A stretch of 64,000 bases of DNA, taken from positions 8,567,619 to 8,631,618 of the forward strand of contig CM119269.1 in assembly GCA_051294375.1 (NCBI GenBank). The letters run 5' to 3'. This document shows, one piece after another, positions 1 through 11,069 of this stretch. The notes below the pieces were generated by a model. That model had not been told where the DNA came from, did not search any database, and saw only the letters and a program-made list of their open reading frames with translations. The position numbers and the translations under genes were made by a program. Position 1 is the stretch's first letter, and each line of letters opens with the position of its first letter. The stretch comes from Paraspadella gotoi (Eukaryota > Animalia > Chaetognatha).

Positions 1-739
1 CGGTCAAGATCCTTGATTACTGGGTAATGTCGTGAGTTGACTTAAACTTCTGTTAGTTAACTTATACTTCTGTTGCTTCGAAATTACATCGAAATTTACG
101 CCTCATATGAATACGGCAAAAGGCGATTTGTCCCCGAGAATTAGTACCATAGTATATTGATTTATTGTCGCTGACATTGTCAATGAGTTTTCCTTATTTG
201 ACAAGATTTTATTAAAAAAGTCGCCGCTGACCTAATTTCGTTGTAAAACGAGTATCGGTGTTTATTCGTGATGTAAAATGAAAAAAAACCCTCCCAATGA
301 ATAATCAGACGACGACGATGACGACGACAGCGACGAGAAACAAAGGCGTTTCTTGTTTTGTTTCTCCGTCCGCACATAACGACGAAAAAGTCAAGGGCGT
401 TTCCTGTAACGACGAAGTCGGGGGACGAAGGTGGTGACACCCGAATTCGCGTCCTGTTTGTGGATTTAATTCTACGACCGGTAAGTCTCCAGAACGATTC
501 CTGGAACTGGTGTTCTTTCGTCAGTTTTTTAAAGAGAAGGTCTTAAATTTTTTTTCTCATATTGCTATCGTTAATTTAATGAGAAGCTGTGGAGAATAAT
601 ACGTTATAACTGACGAAATACGTGAATATAAATAAGATTTTAAATCCTCACTCTGGCCACAACAACCACTGCTGACTCGTAAACAATTTTTTTTAGGGTT
701 GTGTCAACGTTGAGATCAAACCTGCTTTTCACTTTTCAG

Positions 740-783
740 AGAGAAGACTTGAATCTCTGCAAACTCCGATTACAAACTTCAAA
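740..783 (+). other. Probable non-coding 5'UTR exon of the peptide gene (another upstream donor at 481)
   Basis: Bounded by acttttcag| and |GTAAGT, with no ATG inside. A second strong donor, ccg|GTAAGT, lies at 481. Linkage to the 1815 acceptor is inferred. Confidence 0.45.
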
Positions 784-1818
784 GTAAGTACGTTTATATA
801 ACTTGGCATTTATAGTTTTAGGGCGTTTGTAAAACAACTGATATATCGTGACCTCAACCTTAATGATAACCATAACAACAATAACAATGAAGGATCACCA
901 TTTGGTGATGGCTCGCCTATACCTGGATATTGGGATTAAAGAGCCGAAATCCATGAAGGGTATAGGTTCCCAACTGATGACCTTCCCATTGTATAAACAT
1001 AAAAAATACAAAATATTCAAAAAATAAATAATTAAAAAGTAGAATAAAAAAAAATTAATTAAAGTATTTTAAAATTATATTCATAACATAAAGATGCCCC
1101 TATAGACCTTTCCCCAGTATGTATCCCTATCAGAACATACAATTCTACATGGTAGTCTTATCCCTATTGGTAAAAAAATCATATATAACGTTGGCCCCCC
1201 TAAAAAAATTATCCATTCCCACCCCTTTCTGTTCAGCCTTTTAGATATTATGATTTTTCATTAATGACTTTCTAACATAAATGATGTGTGATATCTATTA
1301 GAAAACTAGGACAGATAGTTATCTAACCTTGTGTTGTATAGATGTTCCTCTATTTCCAGAAGACAACACTGACTTCCCCTTCCCAAATTGAAGTATTAGA
1401 TAAATAAAACATTTTTAAAAAAGAAAGCAATTTATATTTGTTTAAATAATATAGATTAGATACTAAATTCTCCATAAAATATAAAAATAGAAAATAATGA
1501 AACAAGTAATTTGCAAATTTTCATTAACCAATGTTCATTGCACTGTTGAGCGATCAGTTTAGGTTGCATTGTTTTTAAGTATTTAAAGGCTTTTGAGAGA
1601 TTCACTCCGATTTTTAATGTGGATCTCGTTTTAGTAAAGACGAAGATATCGTTATAATCGTCTTGAAAAGTCAGCTCTTTTAGGGCCTAAGACATCTTTT
1701 TTCAAATTATCAATTTTAGAAACATTTCCTTTCTCTGAAATGTATTAACGAGACGGAATTCTAATCAATAATAAGTGAATTAATTAATAAATACACACAT
1801 TCGTTTCGTTTCAGAACA

Positions 1819-2306
1819 ATGGCGAGCAAGTTGCTCATCGTAACTCTGGTGGTGCTGGCCATGGGCTACCTCATGGCGGAGAGCTCAGACGAAAACGAGG
1901 GTAAGTTAATTAATTAATTTGTTTTAAATGTTATTTTAATTACATTTTATCATTGTTTCTTAAAGGAGACTACGTGGACAAGCTTCGCCGGATGCTGAGG
2001 AATTATCAAGAGGCGGATCTGGAGGACGACGCCGCGGACGCCGATGACGCCGACCTGGCGAGTCGCGGCGCCGAAGACGAAGAAGAGGAAGAGGAAGAAG
2101 ACGAGGAAGACGGCGCCTTGGAGAGAAAAGAGGAAGACGAAGAGGATGATGAAGATGAGGAGGAAAGTGAAGTTTCGAAAAATGTGAAGAGATCGCCGAG
2201 GCGTCGTTTTCGTCGTCGTCGTTTTCATCGTCGTCGTCGTTTTCATCGTCGTCGTCGTTTTCCTCGTCATCGTCGTTTTCTTCATCGTCATTGGCATAGT
2301 GGATGA
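1819..2306 (+). CDS. Secreted prepropeptide, ~140 aa: signal peptide + acidic propiece + KR + Arg/His/Phe-rich cationic peptide with C-terminal Gly (candidate antimicrobial/bioactive peptide). Exons 1819-1900, 1966-2306
   Basis: Exon 1 follows tttcag (ends 1814), encodes MASKLLIVTLVVLAMGYLMAESSDENE and ends at G|GTAAGT. The phase-1 acceptor aaag| at 1965 joins in frame to ORF 1953..2306 (GDYVDK...EEDEEDDEDEEESEVSKNVKR-SPRRRFRRRRFHRRRRFHRRRRFPRHRRFLHRHWHSG*). Confidence 0.85.
2202..2292 (+). repeat. Coding 18-bp tandem repeat (CATCGTCGTCGTCGTTTT, encoding HRRRRF), ~5 imperfect copies
   Basis: Directly visible; Arg codons in the repeat are CGT. Confidence 0.85.
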
Positions 2307-3658
2307 AAATTTCTTCGTCGCGCATCAACTGACGCCCAAGTCAAGGGTCAAGAAAATCAATATAGTGCGAGCTTCAGAAATGGATATTAGTAATTTTAAT
2401 ATTATTTGCTTGATGTCATTTTCAAATTTGGGTTATTGTTAAATTTCTTAAGCATAATAATGATTTTTTTTTTAGTTGGTTCCATAATATTTCTTACATT
2501 TTTAAAGACGATATTTTTAAATATTACAGTTGTAGAGAAATTGAAGCATGAACCCTCTTCGAAAAATATCTGTGCCTTTTCTTCCTTTTGAAAATAATTA
2601 ATGGTGCAAAAAAAATAACACTTTTTTCTGTTTATCTGCAAGATCTTAGAATCAACGTTCAGTGACGATTTACATCCATTAGGTTTAGCTTATACAAGTA
2701 ATTATGGTTATATCACCAATTAATAATTTCACTTTTATTATTTTAATTTATTTCAAACATTTAGTGCATAAAAACAACATTTGATGCGTTTAATGTATCT
2801 TCTAATTATATTATTTTTTTAAATAACGTTATTTTGTACCACGGTCATTAAATATGTTAGATATTAAACGTCATAAAGTTTATCGTTCATTAACACTGTA
2901 GGAAGATAACCATAATGGCTGCGCTGAAAAATATGTTTTCTCTTCTCGCTCTCGCGCACTCAAAAGTCTTCCGGTCAAATATTCAGCTCTAAAATTTACT
3001 TTGTCAAGCTGTCGGTCGCCCCCCCCCCCATAGTTTAGTCGATCAGTCATCTTAAAACATGCAAAAATGTCTTCCGTCCGTCCGGCCGGCCGTCTCCCTA
3101 TTACTTATCCACTTCTCTTTTTCATCAGCCTAACAATGCGTAAACTTTAATGTATTAGAGCTATTACATCAAGAAATACATCTTAGTCGTCAGTTATCAC
3201 CAAAAAAATCATATTTCACTTAAATGCAAACATTAGTTTTTAAATAATTTTTTTCATCGGTAAAAAAACAAAATTGTAAGTACTTTTTCGATTCTTTCCA
3301 AACATATTTTTTCCCAAGCGGACACCCGTACCATTTGAAATTTGTCTTCCCCATTAAACTCGTTTTTCTTCTCCCTGAAATCAAATTTCAAAATCCAACT
3401 TTCGCTCCAAAGTTAAAAAACCTGATCAACTAGTATTGGGTTTTCCCAAAACGTCGAAAAATCCTCTTTTGTTTTAACGCACTCGCGACTGAATTTTAAG
3501 AAAAGTTCGGTTGTTAAAAATTTAAAACACTTTCAGCTAAAAGTTAAAATTATTTGCGACTTATTTGCCAACTCTTTAAAGTTCACGAAAAGTTGTTCAA
3601 ATTTAACTAACTATTAATAAAAGTTAATAAAAATCGCAAAGACAATTCGTTAACTGAA

Positions 3659-5490
3659 ATGGCTCAGTCCCCTAAAACGGCGACTCATCTCTCGAACGAA
3701 ATCAACAATAAATCTCCAAAGACAAAATCTCCCCAAGAAATAAACAAACAAAAGAAAGAAAATCCAACTAAAATCTCAAATATTCGCGCTGCCAATGAAT
3801 ATGTCAAACCTCCTGCACCTACCGCACCTCCTGTACCTCTAGCACCTCTCGCACCTACAGCACCTGCCCCTCCCCGGAAAATCGACATCTCGTCCCTTCA
3901 GGCAAAAATCGCCCAATCCATCGTCCCGAAAATGAACTCCCATCTCGTCGAAGAAACGAGCGTCCAGGCTCTTCGAGGTCCCCATGCAATACCGGAACCC
4001 ACGAACTCGGGACCTGGCGCTAAATCGAACCCTCCGGCCCTTAAACCCAAATCTTTCCCAGTGCAGACCACGAAGCCCATCACCCAGGGACCTGGAGTCA
4101 AATCTCTTCAGGCCCCGAACCCCAAGACTCCAGAGGCCAAACCGATCCAACAGGCACCCGGAGCCAAATCTGTCCCATTGCCTGGCCCTAAACCTAGCCC
4201 TAAGACCCAGCAGGGCAAATATTCCAACTCTAAACCAAGTTCAAAAACCGAGCGAGCCCAATCTTTCAATGACAAAGCCCAAACTCTGCCCGTTCTCTGC
4301 CCGCCGCGGCCTGTCTACTGTCCCAAAAATCACATCCTCAAGCCCGCCAACTTTGATCTTGAGTGGACCTGCAATCGCTTGTCGTCCCACCTCGACGTTC
4401 ACGCCACACCCTCTCACGCTTGTGCGGTATGCTCGTACGCCCTCTGCGCAGAGTGCTACGACTATCTGAAGACCCGTTCCGAGGAGAAGAGGCGCGCTTC
4501 GTCTGGAGAAGGGGCGGTCGCGTTGGGGATTCAATCGTCGGGTCCTCGACTCATGAGATCCACGAGCTTGTCGGCCGAGGACGAGCACTCTTTGAGAAAA
4601 GCCTTTAAGAAAAAGTCGGAACCCAATTCTCTCTACGAATCGATCGATGACTTGGACGAGTGTGATGAAGACGATGGGAAGAAATTTGATGAAGATGATA
4701 CAGATGATAAAACTGACGAAGATCCTTACTTGCACCCCATCATCGTGGAGACGTTGACGTCGAAATTAAATCAAAATAAAGGCAGGGAAGAAGACGAGAC
4801 GTTTCGGGTAAGGATAGGCTTAAATATATATAATATATATAATATAATATATATTATATACAGACTATCGTCATCTCTCTTGGCTGGAAAATATTCGTTA
4901 ATCGGCTCTCATTTCATAATTTTTCAAACGTTTATAATTGGGTAACAAATACATTATTTAATATTATAGTATATAGTATATTATAGTATATTATACTATA
5001 ATAAGCACTTGAACGACGGTAATTAATATCAATTGTCTGTCGATTTAATTCAAATCTCCAGGAAACCATAGATGAAATCAATGACTCCTTGACCCAAGCG
5101 ACGAAGCGCTTGAACCTTCTCTCTGATCTGGAAGTCAAACGTAGATCCAGGGAGGCTCTCCTTCAGCAGCAACTGCAGGAGGAGCGGCAACGACAGCACC
5201 ACCGCGACGACGACGAAATCACACGACTCCGGGCAGCGGCGGCGAAGGCGAAAGAATTGGAGGCGGAGAATCGCGATCTGAAGCAGCGGCTGCGGCAGGC
5301 GGAGAACTCCGCCTCCGATTCCGCAGCACGAGTGTCTAAACTACAGCAGCAGCTGGAATCGGCAAAGAAAACCGAGCAGAGCAGCAAAGACGCGGCCTCG
5401 CAGCTGGATCGGAAGGAAATGATCATCAGTAGCTTGTTGGCACGGCAGAAGGAGCTCGAGGAGAAGCTGAACATAAGAGTTGAGTCTTAA
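3659..5490 (+). CDS. Uncharacterised two-exon protein: Pro/Lys-rich disordered N-terminus, Cys/His zinc-finger-like (ZZ-like) module, acidic patch, C-terminal coiled coil. Exons 3659-4807, 5062-5490
   Basis: Phase-0 donor CGG|GTAAGG at 4808 and acceptor ctccag| at 5061 join ORF 3659 in frame to ORF 5089. Motif CPKNH..WTC..H..CAVCSYALCAECY; exon 2 is heptad-rich (LEAENRDLKQRLRQAE). Confidence 0.8.
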
Positions 5491-5892
5491 GTGTAAATCT
5501 GATGAGCTTTGGGTCACGTGGTCTGTCGAGACTGATGGGATCAAGACTGTCTAGTAAGGCGTAGTAATTTCTAATTTAACTTTAATTAAAATTCTAAAAG
5601 TGAGGAACGAACAACATTATATTTTAAACATTAATGTATATAAAAAATTTATAATTTTTATAATTTATGAGAAGGCCATATTTATACTAGTACTAATCCA
5701 ATAAATTGTTAATTTCAAAACAGTTTTTTCTAAGATTTTTTTGCAGATTTGGATTCGTCATAAAAAGTTGTTAAAAAAAAAATATAACTCTTTTTGAAAA
5801 ATTCCATTTAAGTGGGTCAAAAATTTAAAAAATCTATATTTTAAGCTGAAAATTAACTTTATGGTGGACTAAAATCCATTAACCGTTCATCA

Positions 5893-5964
5893 GCAGCCAT
5901 TGGTGCCGGAGGCAAGTCATTCGCCTCTCAACCCAAAGGTCCGCGGTTTTAACCCGGTGGCTGC
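5893..5964 (+). pseudogene. Degenerate tRNA-like sequence (tRNA pseudogene or tRNA-derived SINE head)
   Basis: 72 nt closed by a perfect 7-bp acceptor stem GCAGCCA/TGGCTGC, with an A-box-like TGGTGCCGGAGG and a decayed T-arm GGTTTTAACCC. The anticodon stem does not pair. Confidence 0.45.
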
Positions 5965-6883
5965 TTATATTGAACGGTTCTCGTCATTTCTCATAACAAT
6001 AATTATTGACTCTTTCAATTTTTTATATGTTAATATAATTTTTTTAATTTTTAACCCACTTAATGAAATAATTTTTATAAGGATAGTACTATGTATAAAT
6101 ATAGCCTACTGCAAAAATTAAAAAAAACATAATATTAATTTTTTTTTACAAATTAATGTTCACTGATGGTATGTTGTTCATAATTGACTTTTAGAATTTC
6201 CGTACTTGACACTTTACTACGCTCTACTGTCTAGTCTTTGGGACACAGGACACTGGGTTTTTGCAGTTAGGAGAAACTTTTATTTTCTTAATACTTACGC
6301 TTGTTTTCATGATTAAATGTTGTAACTGGTCACTGTTCAGTAAACTGTAAAGCCAAGAAAAAAGAATGGTGTTATTTTATTACGAAAATAACATTTTTTT
6401 CCCACTGAATCAGCACTAAAATAGTTATCAATACCCCATGATTTCCGATCCTATACAATTAGTATTCTATTTTTGTTCATGAAGAATTTCAGTTTCCTAA
6501 GCTAACGCTACCACTACTGCCATCGAAGTAATAAAACTGTTCTTTTTTAAAATGAAAACATCAAATATTTCTTTCAAAAATGTCCTGTAGTTGAATTTAA
6601 CCTAATCTTAACCCTAATATTTTTAGTCAATTATAGTCGATTTCAATTTAATTTTAAAGGTGTCTTCATTGTTGTGTCAAATAATGCATGAATACTATAT
6701 TTTTTTTTAAATTTATAATCATTCAAGTGCAATTGGAATAACCATTTATTGAGAAAGAAATTGAATTTACTACAAAACGTCATTGAAAAAAAAAATCAAT
6801 CGGTGCAAAACGCTCAACGAAGTGGGTGATTTCAGAAGCGACCCCTAACTTTCGTCACTGCCAGAACGCCAGGAACCCAGTCC

Positions 6884-7576
6884 TCAAACCGGCTGATCAG
6901 GCACCACCAGGCCGCAAGAGAGTCTTCGCCTGACTTTGAGTTGATATCTCCAAACGACTTCTTTGCCTCCTTTCACTCTTCCTTTGCTTCGCGAAAGAAC
7001 AACATCGAATCCGGCTTCTCGGCTAACTTTGATCTCCGCCGACGACCGGCGCCGATTTAAGGTTCGATTTCCGGCATTCAGCGCCACAAGGTTTCCGGCA
7101 TTCAACCTCCGATTTTCGACATTCAGGGCCGCAAGATTTTTGGCATTCAGCGTCCTATTTTCCGGGCATTCAACGCAGCTAGATTTTCGGCATTCAGCTC
7201 CGCACGAACCCCGACGTTGGGCACCGTAGAGACCATTTGCGGAGCCGACCTCACGACAGCGCCGGCTCTGTTTTTGTTTGCCGATCCTTTTGGCGCCGCT
7301 TGAGTTTCTTTCGACGCCAGTCCGAGGTTCCCGCTCGAACGGCGCCGGTCCAATCGCGCCGGTTTACCACGCCGTCCGACGCGGCGGTCGCGGCGGTGAT
7401 TCGGGACGCCGGGCGTCGTGGGCGACGTCGTTGTCGGCGGCGGTAGAGCGGTGGCGGTATCCAGGCTGGCGGCGAAAAAGGCGGCGGATGCGGGAAGAGA
7501 CGCCGGGAAATCTGAGGAAGCGGAATTCGGCGCCCGAAGCGGATGATTGGTCGAGAAGCGGCGTCGACGCCGACAT
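6884..7576 (-). pseudogene. Frameshifted intronless ORF (pseudogene, or real gene with assembly indels) encoding an Arg-rich protein with LNAxNLAA-LNAGNRT repeats
   Basis: GC-rich island. Three minus-strand ORFs (7364..7603, 7147..7662, 6884..7105) chain with two frameshifts, and the repeat reads consistently across the second one. ATG at 7576; minus-strand AATAAA at 6745-6750. Confidence 0.45.
7061..7197 (-). repeat. Tandem repeat of alternating 24/21-bp subunits (~45-bp period, 3 copies) sharing the core TGAATG
   Basis: Six spaced occurrences of cattca on the plus strand. Confidence 0.75.
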
Positions 7577-7850
7577 GGAAACCACGAGTAGCGCGAGGAC
7601 CAAGTTTTTTTTGTTTTAAGCTTTGAGAGAAACAAGCGGAGATCTTTCGCCTTTTGAAGCAAAGGTTTTCTGAAGCTTTTCCAGAATCGAGCTTTTTGGA
7701 GATTGTGTCTTTCTAAGTCAACGTATTTTGGTATAGACTAAGCTTTTGGAAACCAATCGAAATAAACTTTCTCAAATTGTTTTTTCTTTATTAATCCAAT
7801 GTTCCGTAGAGAAAAACCAAATTGTTTCTGCTAAAAAAATGATTTATTTT

Positions 7851-7862
7851 TTTGGCGCCAAA
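7851..7862. promoter_or_regulatory. Palindromic E2F-type site TTTGGCGCCAAA
   Basis: Exact palindrome matching TTTSSCGC, ~280 bp upstream of the minus-strand ORF. Confidence 0.35.
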
Positions 7863-8769
7863 CTGCAAGATCGAGATTCCGCAACGAATTTTCGTTCTGA
7901 GTCAATCTTGTGTCATCAACCGACTTTTATAGTCTCTCCATCTGATTCCCCCCTTACGCCCCCCTCCTCCTTCTCCTACCCAGAATAACGGAGAAAATCC
8001 ATGTTTTCGTCTCGTGTCTTTGGAGACGGGAAATTGGCCAAGATGAGGAAAGTTGAAAGAACTTTCCAAAGAAGAAAGAAAGATGAGACACGTGAATTTT
8101 CATTTGAATGACGTTTCAGTCGTCGTTATCGTCTTCTTTTTCGTTGCCGTCTTAATCGTCGTCTTCGTCGTCTTAAACGTCACGCGTTACGCTTTTGTTG
8201 CGCAAAAGCAAATGGTCTCTTTTCGTGTCCGACCGACAAAAGGCAGACGTAACAACGAGACTTAGAAAAGAACCAAGACGGATTTCGTTTCTGTCATTAT
8301 GAGACTTCCAAATCCTTGGCAAGAATCATGGCAAGTCGAGAAATTCCATGAGTTTCTGGCATCAAAACGATTTATTCGGTTGTAGAGTGGAACCGGCCAA
8401 AACTGACCAGAACCGGAGAGAAAAAGGATGGAGCTATTGGAATTCCGTAGAGGCGAGACGCTCAAATAGGTTTTTACTACTTTCTTTGATATTTTTGGTC
8501 TACGGTATATAATAATATCGGTACCGGTAGGTTGATTTACGAAATTTAAATCTGCAAGAATTTTTTTGAAAATTCCTTAAAGAGTTTTAATTTTTTCATT
8601 TCGGTTTTGATATTATACTATCGTATTATACTAATATTATTGATAATCAATGTCTGATAAATAAATCGTACTAATCATGCCAGCTGTTCATTTGTCTTTG
8701 GAGGTAGATGTCGTGTAACGCATTTTCAGCCATTGTTTCCTGAGNNNNNNNNNNNNNNNNNNNNNNNNN

Positions 8770-9933
8770 AAAAAAACAAAAGACCTTTTGATAAACTTAA
8801 CATTTTTCCTGAGAAAATTATCCGTGTCATTGACTCATACCTAACGAATCGATATTGCACAGTGAGAGTCGGTACGGCAACATCAAGAAGGATAATTATG
8901 GAATGTGGATGTCCACAGGGTGGTATTCTTTCGCCAGACATTTTTTCAATATATGTCTTTAGTATAACCGAAGGAGTCCCTAAGATTGTTCGGAACAGCC
9001 AATTTGCCGACGATACAGCTAATTGGGTAACTGAGAGTTCTCTGGAGTTGTGTCAATTTGAATGAAAAGGACATTAGATAGCGATTCAGAGGTGGTGTAG
9101 TAAGTGGAGACTTAAACTGGCGCCGGAGAAGTGTCAGTAATAATTTTCTCAAGACGAAGGCGTAACTTAGATAGATCCCTAAATTTAGAATTATTTGGGG
9201 TGGGATTAAAACAATAAGGGAAGCGGTTTTTTTGGGCGTAACTTTTGATGATAAAATGACATGGAGTAAACATTTAGAAAACTATAGAAAAGAAAATGCG
9301 ACAACGTTGTGGCGTGCTTCGAAAGTTGAAATTTAAATATAATCATTTAGATATAAACTTAATGTTGGAATTGTATCAAGTCTTTGCGATATCATTACTT
9401 GAATATAGTATGTCATGTTTCTTGTTCTATGTCTAACGGAAAGTGGTTAAAACTTGAATCAATAGAAAATAAATTTTTAAAATGTATTACAAACGTTCCA
9501 CGAAAGATGTCTAATAAAATAGTTTTAGATTCATTAGGCTTACGAGACTTACGATTTAGAATATTCAGACGAGCACATTCCCAATTTGTTAGTTTAATGA
9601 ACTCGTCTCCGCTCCTTCCGGAGTATATCAAAGATATTAATAAATACCCGTATTTGGGAAACCACATTAGTCCGATTGCCTTTTTAAGTAATGTTCCGTT
9701 AATATATGAAACTGTGTAGTTTTTTTTTTTTTTAATAGAATTGCCTTTTTTTATTAGGAAACATATATTCATTGCTTAAATTTACTGAGTTCCTGGAAAT
9801 CTAATTTTCTGATGTCATACTTATTGTATTACTGCTTGTATCTCTGTTATCTGCTTTGTGTTTTTGTAAAACCACTGTGGCCCATGGTCCTCGGACCCGC
9901 TGTATGAATAAATACAATACAATACAATACAAT
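8770..9933 (+). mobile_element. Degraded non-LTR retrotransposon (LINE) 3' fragment: reverse transcriptase C-terminal part, 3'UTR and (TACAA)n tail
   Basis: RT motifs IDSYLTNR, GCPQGGILSPDIFSIYV and QFADDTA, then frameshifted RWCSKWRLKLAPEKCQ and FLGVTFDDKMTWSKHLE. Ends AATAAA-(TACAA)4 at ~9907-9933; the 5' side abuts an N gap. Confidence 0.9.
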
Positions 9934-10245
9934 TTTAATTAAAACAAATTTTAAAGCTTACTTTTAAAAATAAAAAATAAAAATATATATATATAAAAAT
10001 ATATATATTCCTTTGTACGTTGTACATGAATCTATATTCTACAGACTGTGAAGCTGTGAGTATAATAGTAAATGGCTTAAATCTGGCAAAATATTTCCCT
10101 CAGACATAAAAAAAAAAAAAGCTCCGAAGCTCGTAGCATGCTGCGACGGCACAACCTCACCCTTGATTTACCGCCAAGGTGTCAACTGAATCTTAGCCCT
10201 TTCACCAAAGCAGAAGGGCTAAAACTCCTGATCTCTTCTCTCTCT

Positions 10246-10323
<78 letters not shown>

Positions 10324-10966
10324 TATCTATCGATCACTGTTTAAAAGGGTAAGACAAAGATCCCCCTACTTTTCTTTTCACTGAGAATTCCTTTCACTTT
10401 TTTTTTTAATCAGTTCCCCGATATTTTTCAGACTCACGCCGACGACGATGACGACAACAACGACCATCAATGACAACAACAACCTAAAAAAAAAGATACT
10501 GCTCACCACGAGATGGACACAACTATATTATCAACAGTAATTTTCAACGTTTTCTTATTACGAAAAGTTTCTTTTAAAATTGAACTGGGGTTTTTACTTG
10601 AAAACATTGACGACAACAACCATAGAACCGACGACGACAACAACAACAATAACGACGACCGTCCGAGCGGCAGCTGCCACGCGGACGAATCGTTTTGGCG
10701 GGCGAAGGCGACGTGGACGAAGGGACGCGTCGTCCACTTTGCAACAGGTTCCGTCGCCGTCGGAGAAACGACAACACCTGCCTCTTCTTCCTCCTCTTCT
10801 CCATCCTCCTTTCCTCCTCTTCCTCCTCCTCCTCTCTCTCTCTCCGCCGCCAGAAGCCTGGAGAGAAAGAGAGAAAAAATGGAAAGAGAGAGAGAGACAG
10901 AGAGAGAGAGAAACTGGAACGGCACCATCGGAATTCGATGCGGGATGGAATCGTAGAAATCGATCG

Positions 10967-11069
<103 letters not shown>

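Noticed and set aside
2193-2303. Protamine-like or RFamide neuropeptide interpretation
   Set aside because: A signal peptide argues against a nuclear protamine, and the RF motifs are not followed by Gly plus basic residues as RFamide precursors require.
1960-2328. Minus-strand acidic and Thr-rich ORFs overlapping the peptide gene
   Set aside because: These are shadows of the repeat. The plus strand has the signal-peptide exon, in-phase splice sites and the KR/Gly processing signals.
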